Positions 26,510-38,062 of a DNA stretch of 64,000 nucleotides are shown here, in pieces. The translations under genes were made by a program, and so were the position numbers. Source of the DNA: Patellaria atrata CBS 101060 (taxonomy: Eukaryota); the NCBI GenBank assembly GCA_010093705.1, contig MU006093.1, forward strand, positions 1,199,301-1,263,300, written 5' to 3'. Every line of letters starts with the position of its first letter. Position 1 is the stretch's first letter. The notes under the pieces are model-generated. The model did no database searches and was not told the origin of the DNA. It saw only the letters and a list, made by a program, of their open reading frames with translations.

Positions 26510-26534
26510 AAAAAAAATAAAAAAAATTGCAAAA
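26510..26534 (-). terminator. Putative Pol III oligo-T terminator
   Basis: Minus strand reads TTTTGCAATTTTTTTTATTTTTTTT just after the UUCG hairpin. Confidence 0.55.
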
Positions 26535-26680
26535 CAGTTCCCACCCCTCCGAAGAGGGTGTGGTACATCTGCTGCCCTCAACTTAAGGCCCGAGATATGG
26601 GGGCTTTTTGCCCCTAGGGGAATCGACCCCGGGGTTGTCTAGATATCCCCAGTGGTCATTACCACTAGGCTACCCCGGGA
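26535..26680 (-). ncRNA. Candidate Pol III-transcribed, tRNA-derived structured ncRNA (not a canonical tRNA)
   Basis: TTATAAG ~30 nt upstream, A box TAGCCTAGTGG (26672-26662), B-box variant GGTCGATTCC (26628-26619), several hairpins including CCAC-A-CCCTC-TTCG-GAGGG-GTGG, then TTTT and T8-A-T8 terminator runs. Confidence 0.6.
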
Positions 26681-27105
26681 GATGTTAAGTGGTTCTCGAA
26701 TTATTGCTTATAACCTTACTGATGGGAAATCTGCTCCGGTATACAGCACGAGTGCCAAGGTAGTCACGTGGAGAGTAAATAGTGACTTAACTCACGTGGT
26801 AGTCATTATATTTACACATGTTAACTGGCTAGGCTATTACTTCAAAATCTGGCTCATGCACTCTACAGATGAATTGATTCATAGCAGAATTTAGAATTGT
26901 TGACCGGCGATTCCAGGTTAGGAGAAATCAATCGGTGTCCGATTAGACGATAAGTTCCTTATCGATAAGAGGTCTCCCTTAGATACTGAGCTTGGATCAT
27001 TCCGCCCGCTAAGGTAAGGAATATATGGGATCACACTTGTAAAATGCCCCAGCAATTCCATGCCATACTGTCAGATAAGGTAAAGTCCGTCTACTGTCTA
27101 TCAGG

Positions 27106-27780
27106 ATGCGGACAAGTACAACACTTGCCGTAGCAGCGCTATCCAGTATCGCATTTCCCACGCTGTACCTACTCTACGTTCGGCGAGACTTATCACGAAA
27201 GATCCACCATGAAGCGCAACGCGGGAAGCTCTCCCCATCGATAACAGACGCAGTCAAATCCATCCCAGACGAAGCAATCGCAGAGGAATGTCCCATGGTA
27301 TATGAGTGCGCATGGAAAGCGGTATCTACATCTCTCCTCCCGGATATCGCAAGGGAGAAACTGCTCGTTCAATACCTTCAGCGAAACATGACCAAGTTCT
27401 CCGCGTCACCACAGGCATTTGCGATTAAACGTATGTGCTCACCGCAGGTTCTCAAAACATTCGAGCGAACGTATATTGAGTCTTTGGGATTTTTGGAAGC
27501 TAGCCTTGTCTGTGGAGTTTATCAGGTTCAGCTTAGGGGAGAAGATAGGATAGAGCTTTCGATGGAAACTCATATGCCGTTCAGTGGCCGCTTGGTCGTT
27601 ACTGTCGAGGAGAGGGACGGGAGGACCGTCTTCGGTAACCATGTGGTACAATGGAAGCAGCCTGGGGAAAAAGCGTCAATGCCACTGGAGGGCACTGTAG
27701 CTACATGGATCCATCAATTCTTTGTTTGGTGGCTACTGGATTCAGGGACGAAACATTTTATAAATCTCAAGAAGTCATGA
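27106..27780 (+). CDS. Fungal hypothetical protein with an N-terminal hydrophobic anchor
   Basis: Intronless 224-aa ORF with N-terminal TM segment and protein-like motifs (YLQRNMTKFS, SGRLVV, MPLE...WIHQFFVWWLLDSG). Confidence 0.75.
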   Translation: MRTSTTLAVAALSSIAFPTLYLLYVRRDLSRKIHHEAQRGKLSPSITDAVKSIPDEAIAEECPMVYECAWKAVSTSLLPDIAREKLLVQYLQRNMTKFSASPQAFAIKRMCSPQVLKTFERTYIESLGFLEASLVCGVYQVQLRGEDRIELSMETHMPFSGRLVVTVEERDGRTVFGNHVVQWKQPGEKASMPLEGTVATWIHQFFVWWLLDSGTKHFINLKKS

Positions 27781-27983
27781 CACAGCAGCTGAACAATAAA
27801 CTGGAGTGATTCAAGACTTCAATTTGTACCTAGGGTGCTTCTGACCGATAATACCGCCCTAAAACTCCGATCCATCATTGATGTGTAGCCTGGTCCACCG
27901 AAGCTCGTACATTGGGTATAAAGCTTGTACCGTTACACCCAAACCATCCCGACGCCTGCAAACATCTTAGCATAAGCATATGC

Positions 27984-28325
27984 TTAGAGGCCCTTCTTGT
28001 GCGCGATAGGCTTGTTTTGTCGTTGCGTGAGGACCGTGAAGCCGACGAAGGCAGCTGCAAGGACTCCAATGATGACGATGTTCTCTGTAAGCATACTGTT
28101 AGCCAAATCTGTGGAGTGTCGTTAAATGATATACAAATGAATACAGCGGGACATACGAAGCATGAAGTTGATCAAACCTTGGAATAGCTGAAGTACATCC
28201 TTGGCTAAGGTAGTGAAGACGGCCAAGAAGGACTGAAGGGTGCTGAGGACAGTGTTGATGATGCCACCAAAGATCTCAAAGACAGAGGCGACGAGGTTTT
28301 GAAGACCGTTTATGATGCTCGTCAT
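27984..28325 (-). CDS. Small membrane protein (~90 aa), 2 exons
   Basis: Amphipathic exon 1, a GTATGT...GCTAAC...CAG intron, then exon 2 QNIVIIGVLAAAFVGFTVLTQRQNKPIAHKKGL*. Confidence 0.75.
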
Positions 28326-28918
28326 TGTGGTGGATAGATCTCTGTTGAGAAGGTTGTCTCAGAAGGGTATTAGACTGATGGTATTAAACTCTAGTATGAA
28401 TGGCTTAGATGGTGGAGGGAAGTTGTTGATGGTGAGGTCTTTCGAAATCAGTCAAACTTATATATTCTTTGTTCAGAAATCACGGTTGCAGCCTGCGGAA
28501 TGTGGCAGGTGCGACTTTATGTGTGGCTCAGTTTCACAGTGCAAGTGATAAGGTAAAAGGCTCGCCCATGTAACTTCTGGCTACGTAGTAGTGTATCGTT
28601 TCCTTGATTTTTGTGCAATAATGACAGAACTTAGGCCGTCAATCGTCTGTAAATCGTAATGGTGTTCCCCTCCACCAGCTCAGTGACTGTGAGCATCCTT
28701 GCTATGACGTAACTGGGGTAGCTCTTTCAGATGGTCAGTTTAGCCGGGATCACGTGACTACATACAATTCTTTAAGTATCGTGAGATTGGCCAGATAAGT
28801 TTGATATTGCCAAGACCACTGTATAGAATCGATGCTGGGGAATACGGGGAAATCATGCCTTTCTATAAGCTTGCAAGAGAGGTGTGACCGAGGAGTTTAA
28901 TTCTGGATCCTATTTTTA

Positions 28919-30596
28919 CTACAACTTAGCTTTGATCTTGTCCAAAAAGCTCCTGTCTAAACCATCAGGACCATCATAAATCTCCCTCTCGACAGCTCTA
29001 CTATTAATCTACAATACTGTCAGTCGCATCGAGATTCTAAGTGCACAGTAAGTAGGAGATACTAACATGTTGCGGGCCTAGCTCATCAATCTTCTCACAG
29101 CCCAGTAGCCTGATGCACGTCTCTGTTTCTGCTTTTAAGACTAAAAATTCTTGTTAGCATAATGATTCAGGAACACAGGAAGTCTGCGTGAAGAACTGAG
29201 ACTTACTTTCAAGTACCCTTTCAACTCCTTGCTTACCACCAGCACCGAGTCCAAATAAGGCTGCTCTGCCCACACCAACGCATTTCGCACCAAGACACAG
29301 CGCTTTGACTATGTCAGTACCTCTTCTGATACCACCGTCTACCCAAACTTCGATCCGGTCAAAGACTTCAGGGCAGTACTTCCTTATTTCCAGTAATGTA
29401 TGCACAGCAGGGGGTGCTGTATCTAACGCTCTTCCGCCATGATTTGAAAGAATAACAGCTTTGATCTGCGGTGTATGGAGCGATGCTAAGTAGGCATCTT
29501 CATGCGTTTGCAAACCCTTAAGCACTATGGGAAGTTTAGTATGCTTAGCCAGCCAAGGAAGAGTCGTTTTCCATGTCAGATCGCATGCGGTGCCGGCGAA
29601 TAGAGTTTGTCCTATGCCACCCAAACTCTTTGCTTCTGGATTCGTCCCGGTATTACTCGCGCTGCCACTCTGCACGGCCGACTTTATGGGAAGGTTAGCC
29701 CCTATGTTATTCATCCTCTCATCATGCTCACGCTTTCCTGGCACCGGCGCATCGAGTGTTAGAACTATGAACTTAATCATTGGCAATGTTGCTATCCGTG
29801 CCAGCATGGCTTCCGACTTTGCCCTATCATTCTGCACGTATAATTGCCATCCGAAAATCTGCCCTTGTTTTGCGTCCGCAACAATCTGCTCAGGGGTCAT
29901 TGATGCGTTGTTCGAGATAAGTTGCATGGCACCGAATGTGGAGCAAGCCTGTGCTATGCCATGTTCGCCGTCTGTATGTGCCAACCTGGCCATCGCGGCC
30001 GGACAGACATAGAATGGGACATTGATCTTGTGGTCGAGGACTGTGGTCGACGTATCGCACCGGGTGCAGTCGACGAATATCTGAGGACGTAGTAGAATTT
30101 GTCGATATACAGTGTTATTTAAGGTTTTCGAGATTAGGTCATCCCCCGCTGAGTAGTAGTATGCCCATGCTTTCTTAGATATCTTCTTTGTGGCCACTTC
30201 CTCGATATCATCCAGATTAAGTAGAGACTGTAGGTCTACGGGTCTTTCTTCCCCGGCTGTCGCCTCCGCAGGCGCTTTCTCGACAACTGGGACGGTGGAT
30301 GGATCTATAGTACCGAGTTTCGCGGAGGATGGTAGCGACTCCTCAAGAGTCCCTGGAGGATGTACTGGGTCATACCATTCCGTCGCGTCTGTCCCGGCTA
30401 GCTGAAGGATAATCTTGGATCCACCAGGATGCTCATTGAGAAACGACGTGACATCGTATACGGCGTCGTATAATATTACCCAGCAGCTCTCAGGAGTGTT
30501 ATGTTTCGCAACTATCCATCTGATTTAGTGTCTATTTGGCCGTAAAGCTTAGAACTAAGATCATTTACCTTCTGTGTAATCATACACCTTTGACAT
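28919..30596 (-). CDS. Flavocytochrome b2-like FMN-dependent alpha-hydroxy acid dehydrogenase; 4 exons; C-terminal PTS1 (-AKL)
   Basis: Cytochrome b5 domain ([11 protein letters not shown]...[13 protein letters not shown]), YYSAGDD, WQLYV, TLDAP, SNHGGR and DGGIRRGTD. Last exon ends KIKAKL*. Confidence 0.92.
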
Positions 30597-31050
30597 TGTT
30601 GGCTCCTGAGACCTTAAAACTACTTCCAACCATGCGCGCTAAGTACCGGGACTTACAGATTATACCTGAACTAGGAATGATATGTACAATATATTTCTTG
30701 CCGCAGAAAACTTTGCGGGTCTTTTGATGACCTACATCGTGGTGTAGCTGGAGTGAGCAAATACCGGGCCAAAAGCCGATAAACGGGAAGATCACTCGAA
30801 TTCAACCAATTGAAGTAAAGATTATGTCAACGAATTTACAACTTCGAGCACCAAAAAGAATATCACCACTGAAATATTTCGAACATCAGTTCCGTTCTAG
30901 GAAAGGTGGGAAAGTTCCATCGGTGTTCAGGAAGGCAATGTTTGGACCGGGCCGATGAGTTTGTCTCCTATTAGGCCTGGGATATACTCTGAACAAATCG
31001 AACAATATACATAATATTCTGATTATTTCTCTTAGATTCTATATGCAGGA

Positions 31051-32455
31051 TCATCTATATTCTTTAAACCGTTTATATGCAAGAACCGCAAGAATCCCTA
31101 TTGAGGAGACTCTTGTCACCAGTGTAACAGCAACGGCCTTTCTTACGATATCATAATAGCCTTCTAATAGGATACCCAGACCACTTGATCTCGAATTGCG
31201 TTGGATTTGTCGTATGCGACAGTAATATGCGCCTACACTTGTACCAGCCATTCCGACTTCCCCAAGTTTCTCACTTTCAAGTGGAAGAGAGACAGAGTCC
31301 AGTCCTTGCTCAACTGCTGCGGGAGTATGATGGTCGCCATCTTTCAGCTCATTCCACTTCTGATTTCTTAGACGGTAGGACATAGCCCATAGAATGAAGC
31401 GCAAGTCCCAAGGCTTGAATGTAGGGTACATCCATAACTCCAGTGCGTTATGAGGAGGCATCAATTCCAAGAAGTCGGCCATTACACCTAGAGTGAGGCC
31501 CCATAATAGTAGAGGTTTATCAGTGGGTGTCTGAATCTTCTTCGCACCGGACCACCACCGGTTTAGCTGTGTGGGAATGGATCTCGCATTATCAATGTAC
31601 GATTTACCATCATCAACCATGAAATCGGGTATTGTACTGCAATATATACTCTGAGCGGGCACGAGACGAATTGCAGCGAAGATCATCTTCCCAAGCATGA
31701 TCCGCATGAACCATCGGCCAATGCCCATTTCGAGCTTAGCAACTCTGGCAGAGACATCTTGGTATTCTACTGTTCGTAAGGAGGCGGAAAGAAGCGCGCG
31801 GAGAGGAACCCAATGTGCGGACCCAACCTCAGTAGGTTGTAGCCTCAATGGAGGCAGACTGGGGTCGGTTATGAGAAAGACGTAAGGGCAGAGCACCATG
31901 AGCCTGGTTAGGTAAGCAATAACACTTCAACAACCGCTTGTGGACCATCTCTACTCACGGAACCTTGCCCCAGGAAGTTGTTACAAGACGTTGCGGCAGG
32001 TTTCCAACTGTTATCGAGTTCTCCTGCTTTAACTCTACTCCCACCTCTTCAAGCGCTTCTCGAACCGCGGTGACCTGATCATCTGCATCCTCGGGGTCTT
32101 TTCCTCCACCCGGCAGTGCGACATGTGTCGGCCATCTGTCCCCTTTTCTTGCGGCGCGTTTTATGAAGAGTACTTCAGGATCACCATATTTGACCCAGTC
32201 CTGTTGAAAGAACTTCTCGAGCTTTTGTTCGACGTGGGGAATGTCGCTAATAGAGCGCAGTACTTCTATGACGCTTTCGGAGGGCCAATGCGTGTAATGA
32301 GGTTGTATACGGAGTATGAGAGCGACAGAGGCTCTCTTGTTTAGGTCTGGTGGACTAGGAATATACGGGTAGGGATGAGCGGCAAGATCGAGAAGGACGG
32401 TCTGCAAATGTTGAGTTAGTTCTGAAGGAAAAGGCTCTTCGACCTTAGCGGGCAT
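31051..32455 (-). CDS. Nudix hydrolase (CoA-pyrophosphatase-like subfamily) with C-terminal TM; intron 31958-31904
   Basis: KRASVALILR, Nudix box LPGGGKDPEDADDQVTAVREALEEVG, LQPTEVGSAHWVPL and LLWGLTLGV. Confidence 0.87.
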
Positions 32456-32624
32456 CTTCGAGCACTCTTTTATTTGTTGCAACAGAAGATTCACGAATTG
32501 ATAGCTGAAAGTCTCTGAGACGCGACGACACAAACCTCGGTATTGCTGTAGGATCAAGGATGCTCCTTATCCTTGAATGATCTCTTTTCTGCGGCTCCGC
32601 ATCTGAAAACATGTCCCCCATTAG

Positions 32625-32630
32625 CACGTG
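32625..32630. promoter_or_regulatory. CACGTG E-box, candidate Pho4/NUC-1 site in the divergent Nudix-VTC promoter
   Basis: GCACGTGC ~190 bp upstream of the VTC ATG. VTC genes are established PHO-regulon targets in yeast. Confidence 0.35.
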
Positions 32631-32817
32631 CGTGATGTGATTGGTCGAAGCTCTCCAGATATCGGCGAGCACAACGCAATTCAGATGTGATTTATGATCA
32701 CATTGCTTTTCCACTTTACAAACCTTCGGTTGTCTGCAGGTAGAAATAGTGTCAGGGTTCCCTCATATACTCAATTGATCCTTTACCTTACCTCCCACAC
32801 GCGAGACACTGAGCATT

Positions 32818-35359
32818 ATGAGGTTCGGACGCCAATTACGTCGGTCCATCTACCCGCCATGGAAGGATAAGTACATAGATTATGATAAGCTGAAAAAGTT
32901 ACTCCGAGATACCAATGGCTCGGACAATGCTGAAGAGGAGAATGAATGGACTGATGAGGACGAAAGCGCTTTCGTCGACGAGCTCGTCACACAGCAGTTA
33001 GAGAAAGTCCATGGCTTTCACCAGGAGGTTTATCAAACGATATGGGATCGGACTTCACAATGCGAATCGAAACTGGATACCATCGTAAAGAGCTCTAAAG
33101 CAGCAGAAGGTGTGCAGGAAGAAGATATGGATGACGACGCTGACGGCGGAGACCGTGCTGAAGATGAGAAGGAGAAGCCTGAAATGACAGGCGAGGAGCG
33201 GGACAAGATCCTGAAAGAAGTCTTGTCCGAATTAGATGGTATAACAAAGGAGATACAAGAACTAGAGAAGTATAGTCGTATCAATTATACTGGCTTTTTG
33301 AAGGCTTGCAAAAAGCATGACCGAAGGAGGGGTGGAAAGTATAAGATTCGGCCGTTGCTTAATGTTCGCCTGGCTGCATTGCCGTTCAATAAAGAAGATT
33401 ATTCAACAGTGCTGTTCAGACTATCTACTATGTATTCCTTCGTGCGTCAGAATCTTGAGGGTGATCCTAAACGAGGACTGTCTTTTGGGGAGAACCAAAC
33501 TGGAGGGGAAACGTTCACAACGCACAAATGTAAGCGTTTTCGAACCGATCATACACAAAATGCTAATCATAAGTAGTCTGGGTACACAAGGAAAACCTAC
33601 TCGAGGTCAAGACAATAATCTTGCGTCGGTTACCAGTACTCGTGTACAATCCTCAAACTGCAAAGGTAGCCGAGGGAAATCAAAAGGATCCTACAATCAC
33701 CTCCATTTACTTTGACAACCCAAACTTTTCATTGTATACGAATAAGGTGAATCACGAGCCCGACGCGGCCTCTCTACGGCTCAGATGGTATGGTCAGTTG
33801 TATGACACGAACGAAGTCTTCCTAGAGAAGAAGATCATCAAGAACGAGGATTCTAGTGAGGAACAGAGATTTCCCATCAAGCAGAAATACATTCAACCCT
33901 TTGTCAAAGGCGAATATAACATGGAAAAGAGCGTCGCGAAGATCGAAGGATTACAGAAAGAGGGATCGAACGCGGCAGATGAGCTGAAGAAAAGCGTTGG
34001 CGATATCAGAAAGCTCATAGATGAAGAGCAGTTACAGCCAGTATTAAGAGCCAATTACTCTAGAACTGCCTTTCAGATCCCTGGAGACGACAGAGTTCGC
34101 ATCTCTCTCGACAACCATCTAGTATTCATTCGAGAAGACGCAATCGATACCGAGCGACCCTGCCGCGACCCCGAAGACTGGCACCGCAGAGATATTGATG
34201 ATAATAAAATGGAGTACCCCTTTAAACAGATCCGCAAAGGCGAGCGCGTCGAGTTCCCCTTTGCCGTCCTCGAGATCAAAATCAAAGGCAAAAAGCACTA
34301 CGAATGGATCTCCGACCTCATGGACTCGCACCTCGTCAAAGAAGCGCACCGCTTCTCTAAATTCGCTCATGGCGTCGCCATCCTCTTCGAAGACTACGTC
34401 AATAGCTTCCCCTTTTGGCTATCTCAGGTAGAGACTGACATCCGTCGCGACCCCCAACAAGCCTTCGAGGAGGAACAGGAGCGCAAAGCCAAAGCCGCAG
34501 AAGCCGAGTTCGCAGTAGGCAGTTTACTCGGTGGGAGCTTCGCCGGTCCCCGCTCCAGCCCTCATTTCAAAAAAGCTATCAGCTCCCCCGTGGGATCGCC
34601 CAACGAACCTTCCTCCCTCCAGAAACACATGTCCCACCCCAAAATCACCGCCGAACTCACGCGGAAAACCTCCATCGCGGACGGCACCCACGACACAGCC
34701 GAAGAAGCCGACTCGGACGACGACGGCCCGCAAGCTTTCCGAGACGGTGAGGTCAACACTACACTCGACTCCTTGGGCCTTCGGGGCCTCTTCACCACCT
34801 TCAGCACCTCCAAGTACGCTCGCTCGAAACGCTTCCGCGACCAAGCGGCCCAACTGCCCCCCGGCGTCCGCCATCCCGGCACCTGGATCAAGGACCAAGG
34901 CCCCGTGCGCGTCGAGGCTAAGGTCTGGCTCGCGAACCAGCGCACTTTCGTAAAGTGGCAGCACGTCGCCGTCCTCCTCGCCACGCTATCTCTAGGCCTG
35001 TACAATGCCGCCGGGGAGAAGAACAGAGTCGCAAGAACTCTGGCTGTCGTATACACGTGTGTAGCGGTGTTTGCGCTCGCGTGGGGCTGGGGCGTCTACT
35101 TGTGGAGGAGCAGGCTCATCAAGGCGAGGAGTGGACGGGACTTCGATGCCATGCTGGGCCCCTGTGTGGTTTGCATCGGGCTCGTCGTCGCGCTTTGTTT
35201 GAATTTCGGGTTCAAGGTATGTGGAGTTTCCTTTGATTACTATCTCGCATCGAGCTTTGCTAACCCAGGGTGTTGCAGTATCAGGCCATCTTGGAGGAGC
35301 AGAAACGCAGCCGAAACGAGACGACGACGACGGGTTTTGACTACCTTGAGCTCAAATAG
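32818..35359 (+). CDS. VTC2: Vacuolar transporter chaperone subunit, Vtc2/Vtc3 type (SPX + VTC + TM); introns 33530-33576 and 35217-35278
   Basis: SPX domain (MRFG...YIDYDKLKK; INYTGFLKACKKHD), HKFWVHKENLLEVK, ITSIYFDN, LRLRWYG and KVWLANQRTF plus 3 TMs. Motifs fit Vtc2/3 better than Vtc4. Confidence 0.85.
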
Positions 35360-36123
35360 GCAGCGTGTCGTTCTTGTGAGATTGGTATAGGCGTGGGAAT
35401 GAGCCAGGGATCTGCTTGTGTGGAAATGGGGGTAGTGCTTGGTATAATGTGCTACCGAGTGTATATACAAAAACCTACGTACTGGACAGTACATATCTCA
35501 TACCCTACATCCGATAGCTAGTGGTATATCACGGTACAAAGTTTTCATGTCAAACCTCCTATCACACAAATTGACGCTACTTCCAGGTTGTCCTCTCCCA
35601 TGTAACCAGTCCATATTCTCATATTTTATCTACGTAAATTAAAAGTGCTTTTACCCAATGTAAGTATGACGTACATGCTACATCCGTCCCAAAGAGTAAG
35701 TATGGAGGGTGGCCTCAGGCACAAGAACCCCGCAATGAAGGAAGCCGCGCCTTTCCGCTAAGGTAGATATGGGGGTCTCACATTCAACCATCGCATTTGC
35801 ATCCTGTTCCATTATATTCTTCTCAGTCGCAAGTTGAAAAGAGCCAACTTTTCTATTTTGTTCATCGCCGTTAAGAATAAAAGATTGAAAGCTGCTAGCA
35901 ATCTATCTATCTAGGATATCATGGTCTATCAAGCAAGCAGTGACGCGAGCGAGTCTTTTGAATATCAAAACCTCTGCGAGGAGCATGCGCAAGAGCGCGA
36001 GAACCAGCTCGGACTCGATGAGTCCAGCGATTGACGAAGAAAAGAACATCCCATAACCGTTCGAGCCGTTCAAACATGCCACTCCGGTGAAACGCCGTAA
36101 CCCCTGGGTACAAAGCTGGATCA

Positions 36124-37620
36124 TTACTCGTGGTCGCTCTCGTTTCCGACGATTATCTTCATCGCGGACTTCACTCCCTCTGACACTGTTGGCTTCTCGC
36201 CAATCTTGACTGGAGGAACACCGAGACCGTTCCTGTTCCTGAAAAAGAGAACGCCTTTCCCTTCACCCTGGGCACCTTCACTTGGTTCAACCCAGTTGCA
36301 GACGCGAGCGCTGGTCCAGAGAGCCTTGAGGAATCCCAGGGGACCACCTTTAGTATCTGATCGGTAGTGGTTACCCATTACCGGCTTGATAGCCTCGGTA
36401 GCCTCATCAGCATGGTAGAAGGGAATAGTGGAGACGTAGTGATGTAGGACGTGAGTCTCGATGATACCGTGGAGCAAAGTGCGGCCAATGAAACCGAATT
36501 CACGATCAATAGTAGCAGCGGCACCGCGAGTGTAGGTCCAGGTGTTTGCGTCGTAGTGAGGAAGAGTTCCATCAGTGTGTTGAAGGAAAGTGATCGCAAC
36601 AAGCCAATGGTTCACCCAGAGATACGGGAGAAGGTACCAGACGAGCAAGTTGGTAAAACCGAAGTTCCTCCCGATGTAGACCAAGGCAGAGATTGTGAAT
36701 GCCAACCCAAGATCGCTGAGGAGGACTAGTTTCTCCTGGTTCTTTTCATACAGAGGAGATGACGGGTTGAAATGGTTGACGCCTCCAAAGAAGCCGTTCT
36801 TCTTGCCGACGCCTTTTCCTTCCGGTTGACGGTCGTGGAAATTGTGCCCAGTCACATTGGTGCAAATATACATGGGCCATCCAGCCAGTTGTTGACCGAT
36901 TGAATGGATGATCGTAGCAATGGGGGTCTCCTCCGTCAGTTCGTTCAGCTCGTGGGCCAAGTATCCCATCCTAGAGGCATACTCTTCCCTTGTCTTTGGC
37001 ACGAAAACCATATCACGCTCCATGTGGCCAGTCGCCTTGTGATGTTTGCCATGCGAGATCTTCCAGGAGAAATACGGAACCAATAACGCGGAATGGCAGA
37101 ACCAACCAACGGTATCGTTCAGAATCTTCGAAGGAGAGAAGGACTGGTGACCACACTCATGTGCCAAGACCCACAGGCCAGTTGCGAACAATCCTTGGAT
37201 AAAGGTGTACAAGGCCCATAGACCAGCACGGACGGGAGTAGAAGGGATAGTCTCGGGCGTAACGTAGTTGTGGAAGATGTAGAATGTCGTTGCAAGGGAG
37301 ACTATATCACGAGCCACATAACCGAGACCACGGAGGCCGGATCGTTCGAAGCAATGCTTGGGGATCGCATCACGGATCTGCTTGATAGTGTAATCGGGGA
37401 TTTCGAACTCGTTGCCGTACGTGTCGAGGAGTACTCCGCGGGAGTTCTTCACGTCAACGTCGTCGACAGAGCCAAGCGAAGACAAGGATGTAGAGGACGC
37501 TGATTGAGTTGGAGAATCCGAGGGCGATGCGTTTACGGAAGTGGCATTCGACGACATGACCGATTCGGCAGTCACCGTCCTGTGAAGGAGAGCATTGCGA
37601 GGTAGAGCGGTAGTTGACAT
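36124..37620 (-). CDS. odeA: Delta-12 (oleate) fatty acid desaturase, intronless
   Basis: His boxes HECGH, HGKHH and HVLHH; YTIKQIRDAIPKHCF; WLVAITFLQH. Likely ATG at 37620 (MSTTALPR). Confidence 0.93.
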   Translation of the reverse strand: MSTTALPRNALLHRTVTAESVMSSNATSVNASPSDSPTQSASSTSLSSLGSVDDVDVKNSRGVLLDTYGNEFEIPDYTIKQIRDAIPKHCFERSGLRGLGYVARDIVSLATTFYIFHNYVTPETIPSTPVRAGLWALYTFIQGLFATGLWVLAHECGHQSFSPSKILNDTVGWFCHSALLVPYFSWKISHGKHHKATGHMERDMVFVPKTREEYASRMGYLAHELNELTEETPIATIIHSIGQQLAGWPMYICTNVTGHNFHDRQPEGKGVGKKNGFFGGVNHFNPSSPLYEKNQEKLVLLSDLGLAFTISALVYIGRNFGFTNLLVWYLLPYLWVNHWLVAITFLQHTDGTLPHYDANTWTYTRGAAATIDREFGFIGRTLLHGIIETHVLHHYVSTIPFYHADEATEAIKPVMGNHYRSDTKGGPLGFLKALWTSARVCNWVEPSEGAQGEGKGVLFFRNRNGLGVPPVKIGEKPTVSEGVKSAMKIIVGNESDHE

Positions 37621-38015
37621 GGCCAGGAACTGAGCACAAGAGATGTATACTCGAGAGAAATGCGAACAAACTGGTAGTTTGCTTATTCGAGGAACGAGGT
37701 TGTTGACCGAGGGGGAGGGCGTTATTAGGATATTATTTGTTGGGATGTGGAGGGGTCTGCGTTGGGAAAGGCGAAACGTTTTGGGAAGGATATTACTCTC
37801 CACCGCCAGACAACCTAAGTGAGCGAGTCGTAGGTCTAAGAAGGGTAGGAAAGGGAGCGAAAGTGCGATTGAGGGGGATCTCAGGCTTTTTTAAAGAGGA
37901 AGGGCAAAGGTCTTGGAGGACCTTGTGGGAGTCTGCACAGGCTGGTGTGATCCAGGGAATTATCGTGGCAGCGTGAAGCTAGAACTAAGGTACCTAGTAG
38001 AGTACTAAAGTACCG

Positions 38016-38062
38016 CTGTTGCACTGTTGCACTGTTGCGCTGTTGCGCTGTTGCGCTGTAGC
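38016..38062. repeat. 8-bp tandem repeat (CTGTTGCR) x ~6
   Basis: ctgttgca ctgttgca ctgttgcg ctgttgcg ctgttgcg ctgtagc. Confidence 0.85.

Noticed and set aside
26565..26600. SRP RNA helix 8 (CGG...AGCAG resemblance)
   Set aside because: No CAGG motif, no GNRA loop and no Alu-domain sequence; the unit is much shorter than fungal SRP RNA.
26605..26680. Canonical tRNA gene
   Set aside because: A and B boxes are present, but the D, anticodon and T stems do not pair, the T-loop reads GTCGATT, and no 7-bp acceptor stem closes at tRNA length.
34524..35056. Long antisense or alternate-frame ORFs over VTC2, and similar ones over the P450, CRT10 and thioesterase genes
   Set aside because: Explained by GC-rich, stop-poor codon usage of the real genes.
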